DNA of 64,000 nt from Hyaloraphidium curvatum SAG 235-1 (GCA_025558095.1 JAIVFI010000033.1:434001-498000), one strand, 5' to 3'. Positions 23,132 to 35,758 are shown, counted from the stretch's first letter. Notes: a model not told the origin generated them from the letters alone. Translations and numbers: made by a program.

Positions 23132-23439
23132 ACCGTGCGACAACCCCACTCACCTGTTTCCTCCTTTCCACTCCTTCCTCGTCGCCCTTCACCAACGCCG
23201 CGCCAACCATGAACAACGGCAACGCTCAACAGGTTAGTACCTCTCGCGTGGTCCGGGTCTAGGGTCTTGGTCTACGGGGTCGCCGCCGCCGAGGTCGGGC
23301 TGCCGAGGCGCGCCGGTACGTTCCCCTGCTCCTGGGAGTTTGCGGATCTCCCCCTAGTCGACGCCGGCGTAACGGCGTGGCACCGTCTGCTGTTGGGGCG
23401 GACTGTTTCAGCCCGCGCAGATCGGTTGGCGCACTGCAC
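23132..23439. repeat. Second, inverted copy of the 7784-8215 insertion element
   Basis: 23209-23439 is nearly identical to the reverse complement of 7784-8014 and ends at the same base (GCACTGCAC). Similarity decays toward about 23132. Confidence 0.9.
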
Positions 23440-23983
23440 GGAAACGCAAGATTGCTGCCATTCAACCTCGATCATGCGCAGCAGGGCTATGGGAGACTAG
23501 ACTTCGAAGAATTGTCAAAGAAGAACTTTAGTAGAGCGGGGGAGCGGGTTGGGAGACGATGCCGGGGGTGATGGGCGTCATCTGGAGCGCCCGCCTTGCC
23601 GACCAGGGTAACCCGATCCCGTCCAGCGCAGCGCGAGACGGAGAGTAGCCAAAAACGGGATCTTGGAAGCTTGCAGAGACACCGCCGTACTTTCTGCTAC
23701 CCCTGACATGCGAGCCGGGGGGCGAGCGGCTTCCCCACGTTGATCGCTCCCCGAACCCGCGGGCCTCGAACGCCCCTTCGAGCCCAAGCCCCGCAAGCGC
23801 GCGGGAACTTCCCCCACCTCGCGGGGCGCGTCCGCCGTGCGGAAAGAGCAGCCCCGACTCCGGCGGGCTCTGTGCAACTGCCGGCGCTGTCCCGCGCGCG
23901 GCCGCAGTCCGCCGACGCGCCCCGCCCGCCGCTCGGACGCCGCCCGCGGCATTCGTCCGGCCGCCCCGGCCGCCCCGCGCGCG

Positions 23984-24984
23984 ATGTGCCCCGCGGCGCA
24001 GGACGCGCGGCCCGCGCCGGGGGTGCCGCCGGGGGTGCCGCACGCGCAATTCCCGCGGGACTCGGGCCGCACAGCGGGACCTCCGGGGGCGCACCCCGGC
24101 AACGCCCCGCCCGACCCCCCGCAACTGCCCCCGCCCGGCCCCGCCCCGCCGCCCGCACCCCGCCCCGCCCACCGGAAGCGCGCCCCGGCAGCCCCGCACC
24201 CGAACTGCTCGCTGTACCTCAAGGCAGACCGCCCGCGGCTGCTGTACCAGGCCTCGTCGGGCGAGCTGCTGGACCTGGACTGCGACCTCGATGCCGCCGC
24301 CGCGGGGGGGTTCGATCCGGGGTTCAGGAGGAGGTGGGCCTATTACAGGGGGGCGGAGTGCGCGGCAGGGGAGTACAAGGGCACCCGGTGGACCTTCGAG
24401 GTAAACCCTCCCCTAAATCGCTGTGTACACGGGTCGGCTCACTCGTCCGTGCGGTGCAGACGCAGTTCAACGCGCAGCTCTTTGCCCTGATCAGGCTCAA
24501 CCCCCCCCTCGAGCAGCTCTCCCGCGCGGAGCACCAGCGCATCGTCAACGCGTACCGCGCCTGCGCCAACATGACCTCCAAGCGCACGCAGCGCAGGGCG
24601 TCCGCCGCCGCGGCAGCCGCGGCAAGGGGGGACGAGCCGGCGGCGGACGACGCCTCGACGTGCGGCAGCCCCGCTCCCACCCTCGTCAACGTCTTTTCCT
24701 CCACCCTCCGTTCGACCTCGTCGGGCTTCTCCTCCGCGACCTTGGACGCGCCACCGCCCCACGCTTCCCGGGACCCCCGGGCCCCCTTCCGCGCCCTCTC
24801 GGACCCGCTGGGCTTCTCCGCCCTCCCGTCCGCGGAAATCAGGCCGGCGCGATCGGACGACGGGATCGGCGACCCGCCGTGGCTGCTCGCGGGGGAGATC
24901 GAGTGGGTGCCGGGGGCGATGGCGTTCCGCTGGGTCCCGCCGGGGGAGCGGAGGGCGAGGGGGGAGAAGGGAGGGGGGGATTGA
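23984..24984 (+). CDS. Uncharacterised fungal domain protein (DUF8032-like as recalled), copy B
   Basis: LDLDCD...YYRGAEC..YKGTRWTFE|TQFN..LIRLNPPL..HQRIVNAYR..SKRTQRR. Intron 24401-24459. Confidence 0.75.
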
Positions 24985-25116
24985 TGGGCCGGGCGGTTCG
25001 GCGAGGCGACCGGGGTGGACGGAGCGGAGGGCCGGGGAAATGCGGCGCGGTGGCCTGCGGATCCATTGCCCTGTAGGATGCACGGGCTGCTAATGAACGA
25101 TCCTAAGTCCGGAAAA

Positions 25117-25999
25117 TCATCGAGGCCGAGGCTTCCCCCCCAGACCGATCGCAACCACGGAAACGAAAGCTAGCTCCCCAACTTGGCCCCGCTGTACCCC
25201 GCCCCACCACGCCGCATTCCACCACTCGCCGGTCTGCCCGTACGACGCCGGCAGGCCGCACTGGATCTCTGCGGCCGTCCACGTCTTGTCGAAGTTGGTG
25301 TTTGCCGCGTCGCCGCCCCCGCCAAAGCACCACACGGGAGACGGGCCCGTGTAGGTCAGGACTGCCGGAGATCGTGAGCGGGCACGTCCGCAACCGACCG
25401 GGGCAGAGGGCGGGAACGCTCACAGATCTGCGTGCACTTCGGGTCGTTGTCGCACTGGCCCTTGTAGAAACCGAGCGCATCGCCGACGGTCGGTGCCGTG
25501 CCCGGCACGCGGCGGAGGTAGAGGTAGTTGTAGGGCGCGCAGTAGTTGGCGTACGTTCGGACGGGGGTGTAGGTGCGCACGGGTGCCGTGCTCGTGGGGG
25601 TGGAGATCGGCGTGGTGGAGGTCTGCGTGGTTGTCGCGCTGGTCGTTGTGGTGGAAGCCGTCGAGTCGTAGCGCTCGTACAGGGCCTTTAGACCGCCGGC
25701 GTCGGTGACACAGGCGACGGATCCTTCGGGGGCGCCGGGGTAGGCGTACTCGCTGCATGTTTGGAGCGGAACCGGCGGGACGGGGGATCGTCAGCCGCCC
25801 GTGGCTTCCCCCTGCGGAGGGCACGCGCCGACCAAAAGGCGCTGTCCGCGCATTCGTCGCACCCGCGCTTGAAAACGACCCCGGCAAAAACGCCGGATTG
25901 CCGCCGATGACCTGCTCCGCCCCGCGGTCCGGCCCGGGCGACGACCGGGAAGAGCAGGACCAGCAAGGCCAGCGCCGGCAGCAGCACGGAGCCCCGCAT
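25117..25999 (-). CDS. Small secreted Cys-containing protein with Thr-rich linker
   Basis: Signal peptide MRGSVLLPALALLVLL, KR processing site, CDEC..C..C, TTTT linker and a Cys/Trp-rich C-terminal domain. At least two introns; 3' end approximate. Confidence 0.65.
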
Positions 26000-26361
26000 G
26001 ATGCGGCGGTCGATTGGAGGTCGGGAACGAAGGTTTTCGCTCGGCAATGCGGTCCGGAGGTGCGCAACGAGGATGGTTGGTGAATGGAGTGTCGGGGACG
26101 TCGTACGAATCGGTCGATCCTGTCCCACAAAAGGGTTCCGATCGCGTCCCACGATTCCGCGATCACGACAGGGATCTTCCTGTCCATGGGTGGATCTTCC
26201 TGTCCATGGAAGGTTTTGGCAGTCCGCGTTCCGAGGCCGAAAGCTCTTCACGAAGACCGTCCCCGCGAACAAGAGCTGCTTGAGGACAAACTACGAGACC
26301 GTCCGTAGCTCAATCACGTGCGAAAGAGACTGGAGCAATGTATTCCGACACCTTTGGTCCC

Positions 26362-27406
26362 TCACAATTTGAAGCCCTTCTCCGCGAGCACCTTCTCGCT
26401 CCACTCCCACAGCTTCTTCTGCAGCGCCGGATCCTGCGTCGGCTTCGAGCTCTCCGCCAGCTTCGCCATCGGGACAAAGTACTCGCCCCTGATCCCCTTC
26501 TCCCGCACCTCGGTCGCCGTCGCGAGGTAGGTCTGCGTCAGCGCCCCCTGCTCGGGCGTCATCAGGCCCCAGGCCATGATGCGGTTCATCCATTTGCCGA
26601 TCAGCTTGGCGTTGTTCCCCAGGTTGGTCGCGATCACGCCCGGATGGCACGCATTCACGTAGACGTGCGAATGCCCCGCCGCGAGCAGGCGGCGCTGCAG
26701 CTCCCTCGCGTGCATGACGTTGGCGGCCTTGGTCTCGCCGTACCACCTGTACTCGCTGCCCTTGTACTTTGACGGGTCATTGATCGCCTTGAGGTCATAG
26801 ATTGAGCCGTCGGTGTCCCCGGCATAGAGCTTGTGGCCCATCGAGCTGACGTTGACCACGCGGGCCTCGGGGGCGGCGACCAGCAGGGGGAGGAGGCGGG
26901 CGGTGAGGAGGAAGTGGGAGAAGTGGTTGGTGGCGAACTGCGACTCGATGCCGTCCTTGGAGAGGGCAAAGGGGACGGCCATGATGCCTGGAGGGCTGGA
27001 ACGTCAGGGTGGAAGAGGCGCGAGGGCGGGTACCTGACCAGCGTTGTTCACCAGCAGGTCGACTTTGTCGAACTGCCCCGCGACGGTCTTGGCGAACGCA
27101 TCCACCGACGCAAGATCCATCTGGTCCATACGCGCCGGCACCACCCGGCCCCTGCCCCCCGCTGCCGCGCGGATCTTGGCCGCAGCCTCCTCGGCGCGCT
27201 CCTGCGTGCGCCCGGGGACGACGACGGTGGCGCCCTTGGCGGCGAGCTTGGTGGCGGTCACGAGGCCGATGCCTGCCGGGAAAGGGAGGTGAGACATCCG
27301 CGACGGGAGACGGGGCGGGGAACCGACCGCCAGTGGCGCCGGTCACGACCGCGACCTTCCCGTCGAGGTCGGGCATCTCCGAGTAGTCCCACGAAGTATT
27401 GCCCAT
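26362..27406 (-). CDS. Short-chain dehydrogenase/reductase (retinol dehydrogenase/WWOX-like), copy A
   Basis: VTGATG|GIG, LVNNAG, TNHFSHFLLT, VNVSS, YGETK (YxxxK) and CHPG. Two introns. Ends GFKL. Confidence 0.93.
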
Positions 27407-27712
27407 AATTGCTGTTTGAAGGTTGTCTTGAGGACGGATTGGCCGCTTCGCAGGCCGCCCTTTTATCTGAATGGCGGGACCCTTTCTTGCGCGGCCAGTT
27501 TGGGGATCGCGCGGGCGGGATTGGGATCGCGCTATGCCACGCTCGGGCGCGATCGAAGAAACAGGCGCGCGATCAATATTCGGCCTCTACTGCAGCATAA
27601 TCACTGCGCTATCCTGGCCAATCCATGGTTACAAATCGGGTAGAAAGGCTCAGAATGCCTGCGCCCGAGGGCACGAACTTAGGCCGCCGGCCGACAGGTA
27701 CGGGGCTCCGCG

Positions 27713-28961
27713 CTACAGCTCGTCCCACGACCTCTTCCCCGCCCTCTTCCTCGCCCCCGCCGCCGACAGCTTCCGCGCCTCCTCCAGCGCCAGCCTCGCC
27801 GCCTTGGCCGCCTGGTAGCGCATCTTCCGGGTCCAGCCCTCGACCCATTCGTCCCAGTTGGTCCCGACGCACCCGCCGTAGAGGCAGGTGGCGTTGGCGA
27901 CGAAGGCGGAGCCGCTGGCGTTGAGGACCGCGGGGCCGGGGCCGATGATGAAGCTGTGCCTGTCGACGGGCTGGTACAAGCGTACGTAGTCGATCTGCCA
28001 GAAGGAGAGGGAGCGGAGGTCAGACAGGTGCATCTCGCGCGGTGCAGAGGCCCACCTCGGTGGCGGTCCAGGTGTCGGCGTCGAAGCCGAGCTCTTCGTA
28101 GGTCGGCTTGGTCCTGCCGTAGCCCGGGCCGAACATCCGCCCGCCGACCTTCGTGTCGAGGTTGATGTGGAACCCGTCCTGGAAGGGCCGCATCTCGTCC
28201 TCGTTGAGGTACTTGGCGTAGTTCCACTGGTACATGACCTTCTCGTCGATGGTCCAGATCAGGTGCGACGCGTTCCAATCCAGCCCGTAGACGAAGAAGC
28301 CCCCGTTGAGGTTCGACGTGTGGTTGTAGTTTTTGTAACGCTTCCCGTCTATCAGGCCGCCCGTGGCGTTGAGGCGGGGGTAGTGAACGACACAGGACCA
28401 AAATGCAGGCCACTTCCCCATCCCCTCCTGAATGTCAATCTCGCCGAAGTCCGTTATGGGGCCCCCGAGCGGCCAGTCGCGGAGCAGCCAGATGGCCGGC
28501 CAGACGTAGTAGCCCGTGGCCATCTTGGCCCTGATCCGCAGCTTCCCCTGGTTGAAGGCGAACTTGTGCCGGGTGGTGACCATGGCCCCCGTCGCGTCCA
28601 CGGGCACCTCGTTGCTCGGCTCGCAGCAGCACGGCGGGCGCCCGGTGCCGGGCCCGCACAGGCTGGCGTCGGGCTGCAGCCTGCCGTACACGGGGCGGAG
28701 GTGCAGCACGCCGTCTTCCAAATAGAGGTTGGAGGTGTTTGTCGTGAAGCACGCGCGGCCGTTGTTGCCCCAGCCGGAGCAGTCCCAGTCGGCGGTCCAC
28801 CGCGCGGGGTCGAGCGAGGGCGCGTCGAACTCCTCGGCAAAGACGAGGTCGTACTCGGGCCCGAAGGCGCCCGCGACGTCGGGGTACGCAAAGTCCGCGG
28901 CGGACGGGAGCAGCGACGCCAGCGCGCACGCCGCGGCAGCAGCAAACACGGCGCCGCGCAT
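27713..28961 (-). CDS. Glycoside hydrolase family 16 (laminarinase/beta-glucanase-like)
   Basis: Signal peptide, LVFAEEFD, WPAIWLL, catalytic GEIDIQE and IDYVRLYQ. One intron. Ends WDEL. Confidence 0.92.
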
Positions 28962-29122
28962 TTCGGGCCTGAATGTCGTGATCCGGGTCGGAATGCGAGG
29001 TTTGATTCGGCAAACAGCAACGGACAACAGGCAAGGGGTTGTTCCGCTTTCAACACGTGCCGAATCTTGGAGTCTAGGCCGCTAGGAAATCAAGGCGAGC
29101 CGCAGTGAGCGCCATTCACTGC

Positions 29123-30213
29123 CTAGAGTTTGGCCTTGCCACCGCCTGGGTGATCCGTGTTAGGTCAGGCGGCTCGGGATAGACGGAAAACCAACCTCCT
29201 ATCCGCTCGGCCTGCTTCGCGAACCTCTCGGTCACCGAGCTCCCCTCGACAATAAACGCCTCGGCCAGCTTGTCCATGGCTTCCTCAATTGCAGCCATCC
29301 TCCCCGCCCTCAGCGGGCCGGCCATGAGCTTCTTGCTCGTCAGGATCGCCGAGGGATCGTTGTGCTCCAGCTGCGAGGCCAGGTACGCCAGCACGTCGGG
29401 AAAGAAGCTTGCGGTAGGGAAGATGCGGTTGGCCACGCCCGCGGCCTTCATCTCGGCGGCGTCGAGCGTGGTGCCCAGGAGCACGGCCTCGGCGGCGCGG
29501 CGCACGCCGATGTGCTGGGGGAGGATGAAGCCGATGCCGGCTTCCGCGGGAATGCCGAGGGAGCTGAAGTTGATCCGCATGTAGGCGGAGTCGGAGATGT
29601 AGACGAGGTCGGCGAGTCCGAGGAACCAGGCTGCCCCGCCTCCGACCGCTGCGACGGCGAGATTCCGTGTCAGAACAAGAGAGCAAGTTCGTTAAGGAAA
29701 GGACGATGACCCACCTGGCCCGTTCACGGCCATTATCAGCACCTTCGAGTGGTCCAGCATGAGCCTGAGCAGGTCGACAGCCGGGGCCGTCGACACGGCC
29801 ATCGCCTCCTTCTTCTCCGAAAAGGTGGCTGCAGTCGGGCTGCGTGGCCGTCCGGCCGACTTGACGTCCGCCCCAGAGCAGAAACCGCGGCCTGCGACCA
29901 CGCAACCGCATCAGGCATGCCCGAGGCTCCTCCCGCCCGCTTTCCGCCCACCCTCGCCGGTCAGAACGGTGAAGACCACGCGCGGGTCGGCGTCGAATTT
30001 CCGCAGCGCATCCTTGACCTCCACGACCAGGCGGCCGCCGATGGAGTTGAGCGACCTTCCGCGGGCGAACCTGCCGTGCGCGGAACCGTCGCGGGGCGCG
30101 GAACCGGCCGTCAGCGCCGCGAAATGGGCAACATCGAGGCACTATAGGCACCGAATAACACCGATCCGGCCGTCGCCGTGTGTTTCGACCGCGATATCCG
30201 TGTAGGGAGCCAT
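29123..30213 (-). CDS. Peroxisomal enoyl-CoA delta-isomerase/crotonase-family protein
   Basis: SLNSI, GRGFCSGADV, AVNGP|AVGG and FSSLGIPAEAG. About four introns. The spliced last exon gives GGKAKL* (PTS1). Confidence 0.88.
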
Positions 30214-30344
30214 GGTTGGAGGAATGGGAGACACACACTGTTCGTGGCGAAGTTGGCCGACGAGATCCTTCCGCCTTCCCACAAAAGCCAGCTTGGATCG
30301 GTCGGCCTTTCGATCGAATGCAGCCGTCGAATACAGCCATCCAA

Positions 30345-32801
30345 CTACAGCTTGGCCGCGAACTCGCCCCCCAGCTGCTTCGCCGCCAGCTCCCCCACGA
30401 CCCCGCGCAGCTCCCGCTTGAGCACCTTGCCCGACGGCGTCGCCGGTAGCGCCTCGTCGACGAGGTGGATGAATGCTGGCACCTTGAACCGGGCGATCTT
30501 GTCGCCGCAGTGCTTGCGGAGCTCCTCCATGGTCGTCTTGCCGAACTTGCCGGGGACGAGGCGAACGCACGCGGCGACCTCCTCGCCGAGCACGCGCTGC
30601 GGGGCTCAAAGAGTCAGCGCGACTTTCCCCGCGAGCAAATTGACGGTGGACGCACATGAGGGATGCCGAAAACGGCGGCGTCCATGACGTCGGGGTGCGA
30701 AACGAGCGCGGCCTCGACTTCAGCGCAGTAGACGTTCTGCGGGGACTTCGCTTTAGATTACCGCGGCGCAAACACGGCGAGACATCTCACCTCTCCGCCC
30801 CTAATCAGCATGTCTAGGTTCGGAAACAGCTTCAGATCAAGGAGACGCCGCGGCCGAGCGTCGGCCCACCTTTGCTACGGTCCAAAAGGTAAAGGAACCC
30901 CTCGTCGTCGATCCTCCCCACGTCCCCGGTGTGGTACCACCCGCGCTGGAACGACGCCTCGGTAGCCTTGGGGTTGTTCCAGTACCCCTTGGCCACGCCG
31001 TTGGACTTGATCCAGATCTCGCCGATCGAGCCGGGGGGGAGCACCTTGCCCTCCGAGTCGCGGATCTCGACGCGGTGCACGGGGACGGGCTTGCCCACCG
31101 AGTCGGGCTTGGCGGCGTAGTCGGGGCCGGAGTTGGAGGCGCCGCCGAAGCACTCGGTCGCGCCATAGGTCTGTCCAACGCGCGACAAGATCAGCCACAT
31201 GATAAGCGCCACCGCCAGATCGGCCACCCACGTTGCTGGGCTCCCCCGCGCCGTCCTGCTTGAACGCCGCCTTTGCCCTCTCTCTCAGCGCCGCCGGCCC
31301 GGGCGCGCCACCGTAGCCGAGGGACATGAGCGTCTTGACCTTGTCCAGAGAGAAGTTGGGGCTCTCGAGGATCTGCAGCGACATGGTGGGCACGCCCATG
31401 AAGTGCGTGACCTTTTCGTCCTCGATGATGTCGATGCCCTCCTTCGCGTCCCCTGCGGAGGAAGTAGGGCGTCAGCATTCGCGCCCAAAAAGGCGGGGCC
31501 GGCGGGCGGCACCCACACTTGTAGACGTAGACGATCTTGCCGCCGCCGCAGGTCGACCCGAGCGAGAACGAGAGGCCTGTCAGGTGGAACAGGGGCACGG
31601 GGAGGAACCACGTGAAGGGCACGGGCAGCTCGCCCGGGCCCGGGATCGGCACGTCCATTCCCGTCCGCAGCGCGGCGCGGAGGCCGCCGTACCGGCCGCC
31701 GGCGATCTGGAGCTGGGTCCACTGCAGGTTCGAGTGGAGAACGCCCTGCGGTGGGCACGGTGGTCAGGGGGGTTCTACCACGCCTTCGTAGCGGGGAAGG
31801 ATTACCTTGGGGTGCCCGGTAGTTCCCGACGAGTAGAGGATCTGGAAGTCATCGAACGGCCCGATGTCCGCCGGCGGCAGGCTGTGCGGGATCGTCTCGT
31901 CCAGCAGGTGATGGAACGGCATGGCCTTGGCCCCAACACGGTCGATCCCCGCGACCACCGACGGCGGCACGCGGCAGCGGACCAGGACAAAGTGCGTCAC
32001 GGGGCCGTTGGGAGCCGCGGTGTCCGCCAAGCCGGTGCCGTCGGGGCCGCCGAGGCGGTCCAGGCGCTCCTGGTCGATGAGGAGGACCTTGGAGCCCGAG
32101 TCCTTGATGCACCACTCGAGCTCCGGCTTGGTGAGCCACGCGTTGAGGGGGACGACAACGGCACCGATGGTGGCACAGGCCCACCACGTCGGAATGTCTA
32201 GAGGGGGCACGTCCACCGTCAGGAGGAGGGATCACGAGCCGCGGCGCGAGCGGGGCCCACAAGGCGGGTAGTTCCTCATGGCGATCCCGACGCGGTCGCC
32301 CTTCTTGACGCCCATGGCGACGAGAGAGTGGGCAATCTGCTGTACCATCCGGGCGACCTGGCCGTAGGTCAGGCGGACGTTCTCCTTGGTGGCCTCGTCG
32401 CGGTAGATGACTGCCCGCCGCGAAACCCAGCGAATCCCGCGCATACCATGGCCGTCAGCGAAAGCAAGGGGAGAAACGCGTCGGGGACTCACTGTACTCG
32501 CGGTCCTTGGGGTTGTTTGCGTACGTGGCGACGATCCACTCCCAGAGCGCCCTCATGCTGGGCTGGGCCTCGGCGAAGATCTGCACTGTCGGGTCGTCGT
32601 CCGGCGGCTGGCGGTCTATCGCCCGGCGTCCGGCGTCAGCACTTCGTGGCTCGGGGAGCCGCCGGGACACCCACTCGACGGGCCGGACTGCGTCCACGGC
32701 AGCGTGATCCGCGTGGTCTTGAGCCCCATCTGCTCGCCCATCGGGCCGAGAAGCAGCTTGTCCGCTTCCGCGAGCGGCATGGGGCCGCCGAGGACGACCA
32801 T
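30345..32801 (-). CDS. Peroxisomal acyl-CoA synthetase (AMP-dependent ligase)
   Basis: YSSGTTGHPK, VPLFHLTG, YGATE, GWYHTGDVG and TPSGKVLK. Many introns. C-terminal AKL (PTS1). Confidence 0.92.
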
Positions 32802-33317
32802 CTTTGCGGTGGTCGGGAGACCGTGTGTGGGGGAAGTTGCTGGCCGGAGGTTTACCCGGCAAGCCGGGTGACACTTCGAGGCGACAACAAGGTACATAAT
32901 CAGGGGCATCAGCACGTCAGGACAGTAATGCCTGCTCTAGGTCCCACACTTCTCCCCACCAGTGCCGTGGGAGCAGTCGCGGTTCGCTCCCCGCCCACGC
33001 ACGTCGCTCCCGCTGCGGCGCCGACTTCCTTTCCATCCGCGCCAAGCCGGCTCCGAACGAGCCTCGGAATCCAACGGTAGCGCAGCGGCGTTCAATATCG
33101 TGAGCTGCGGCCCTCGCGGCGGTAGATTGGCGGAACATCGATCGCGCGCCTGCCTGACGATGGCGACCCGTGGCTAACATAGCGCGATCCCCAATTCCGG
33201 CGCGCCATCGCCCGATTGGCCGCGCAAGGAAGGGTCCAGCCGTCCACATAAAATGCTGCCGGGGAATCGGGCATTTTCACCACCGATACAACGGACGACA
33301 ACCAACGAAAGACAGAC

Positions 33318-34366
33318 ATGGGCAAAACGAGCTGGGACTACTCGGAGATGCCGGACCTCGAGGGGAAGGTCGCGGTCGTCACGGGCGCCACTGGCGGTCG
33401 GTCCCCCACCCCGTCTCCCATTTCGCGGCAGAATGCTCACCGCCCCATTCCTGCAGGCATCGGCCTCGTGACCGCCACCAAGCTCGCCGCCAAGGGCGCC
33501 ACCGTCGTCGTCCCCGGGCGCACGCAGGAACGCGCCGAGGAGGCTGCGGCCAAGATCCGCGCGGCAGCGGGGGGCAGGGGCCGGGTGGTGCCGGCGCGGA
33601 TGGACCAGATGGATCTGGCGTCGGTGGATGCGTTCGCCAAGACCGTCGGGGGTCAGTTCGACAAAGTCGACCTGCTGGTGAACAACGCTGGTCAGTAACC
33701 CACCCTCGCGCCTCTTCCACCCTGACGTTCCAGCCCTCCAGGCATCATGGCCGTCCCCTTTGCCCTCTCCAAGGACGGCATCGAGTCGCAGTTCGCCACC
33801 AACCACTTCTCCCACTTCCTCCTCACCGCCCGCCTCCTCCCCCTGCTCGTCGCCGCCCCCGAGGCCCGCGTGGTCAACGTCAGCTCGATTGGGCACAAAC
33901 TTTTCGCGGGGGAGACGGACGGCTCCATCTACGACCTCAAGGCGATCAACGATCCGGCAAAGTACAGTGGCAGCGAGTACCGCTGGTACGGCGAGACCAA
34001 GGCCGCCAACATCATGCACGCCCGCGAGCTGCAGCGGCGCCTACTCGCGGCGGGGCACTCCAACGTCTACGTGAACGCGTGCCACCCGGGCAACATCGCC
34101 ACGAACCTGGGGAACAACGCCAAGTTCATCGGGCGGTGGATGAACTGGTTGATGGCGTGGGGGATGCTGACGCCCGAGCAGGGGGCGCTGACGCAGACGT
34201 ACCTCGCGACGGCGCCCGAGGTGAAGGAGAAGGGGATCAGGGGGAGTACTTTGTCCCGATGGCAAAGCTGGCGGAGAGCTCGAAGCCCACTCAGGATCCG
34301 GCGCTGCAGAAGAAGCTGTGGGAGTGGAGCGAGAAGGTGCTCGCGGAGAAGGGCTTCAAGCTTTGA
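33318..34366 (+). CDS. SDR copy B (inverted duplicate of 26362-27406) with a 1-bp frameshift near the 3' end
   Basis: Near-identical exons and introns to copy A. ATCAGGGGGAGTAC at about 34236-34249 versus ATCAGGGGCGAGTAC in copy A. Confidence 0.88.
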
Positions 34367-34413
34367 CGAGCCATGTTTTCGCATAGATCGTTTCTGTTGT
34401 GCCGCAGTTTCCG

Positions 34414-35646
34414 TTAGGCTCCTTCCGAGATCGTCCTGCAGCTCTGGTTGTGGTCCTTCCACTCCGCGACCTGGCATTCCTTCGAGCAGTAACGCGCAAA
34501 ATGGCACCGTCCGCACTTCCGTAGCTCCCGTGTCGCGGACTCGTCCTCGTCGCAGTGGTCGCAGAAATCCGCGACCTTGAAATGCTGCCGGACATTGAAC
34601 CGCGCCAAGCCGGGCGTCTTGCGGTTGTAGAGAGCCGACCGCAGGTAGGATTGCGTCTCCGAGACCATCCTGGCGTTTGCATCCCCCATTGAGCGTCCGT
34701 AGCTGGACAGAAAAGCGGCCAGCTCGAATTCGAGCAGTGCGGCCGGGCACCGGGATGCACTGTCGAGCTGGCGCTCGATGTGGTCAAGGTACGGCTGCCT
34801 GTTCTCCATGGTGCTGCCAACGAACAGGTGCAAGGTCCAAGCCAAGTCCATAACGATGGATTTTGCCAGTTGCTGTGCGTCCGTCTCCGAGATGGTGCGA
34901 GTCTTGAGACGAGCGGAGCCGGGATGTTCAGTTGCAAACAGAGCCAGAATGTCCGGGAACACGACGTCGTCGCCCAGCCTCTTTCGGATCGGCAGGGCGA
35001 ACGCGCACATTTGCAAGATGTCGACGGCGACCTGCGCAGGTCCGTGGATGACGTTGCGGAAGGACCGAATCAGCGTCGCCCCCTCGTCCGTCAGCGCCGC
35101 ATAGAACTCCTGCGACTCGCTGGCACCGCCATCTGCGTATCCCCAAGCTTTCCGTCTCTCGCGATCGACACAATGCGCAACTATTCCCCGGAGGCAGGGC
35201 TAGGTGGCCTTAAAGATGCGGAGCCCGACCCGCGCAGTGAACCGCTCCGTGACCCTGGACTCCGGCACGGGGGTGCCGCGCGGCAGGTACTGTGCGAGCC
35301 AGGACTTTATCTCGCTGTCCCTGGCTTCCGCCGGCATGATCGTGAAGGCCATGAGGGCGTCTCGCGAGCTCTCGGGGCATCCGACGCCCGGCAGCGACGC
35401 GAGCAGCCGCAGCTCTTCGGGGCCCCGTCGCGGCGGCCTCATCGAGGCCTCCATCACGGGCGCGTACCGCACTGCTGCGTGGTCGAGGATTTGCGCAATG
35501 GTGTCGCGCTCGAAACGTTCCCCGTCAAACGCCGCCCACGGGTCGTCGGGCGGCAGCGGGGCCGCCCGCCGCGCCCGGGTGGCGCGGCGGCGCGCAGACG
35601 GCGTGTCCAAGCCGACAGGCTGGAAGTGATGCCCGCGGTCCGCCAT
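34414..35646 (-). CDS. MYND-type zinc-finger protein
   Basis: C-terminal CDHC...CGRC...YCSKECQVAEWKDH...C. One intron near 35150-35205. Confidence 0.8.
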
Positions 35647-35758
35647 GTCGGCGGGGGAGCAAGATGTTTGGTTTAGGATCGATGATGTGGTGAGGGCTTC
35701 TCAGCCGTCGATTCGCATTTCCCATATTCCATTCCTTCATTCCATCTAGACATCTTCC

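Noticed and set aside
25755-25835. Apparent non-canonical intron acceptor in the secreted protein gene
   Set aside because: A canonical CAG slightly downstream restores the frame (TG|C GAG TAC).
26172-26209. Tandem 18-bp duplication GGATCTTCCTGTCCATGG
   Set aside because: Two copies only, consistent with local slippage, and no function is supportable.
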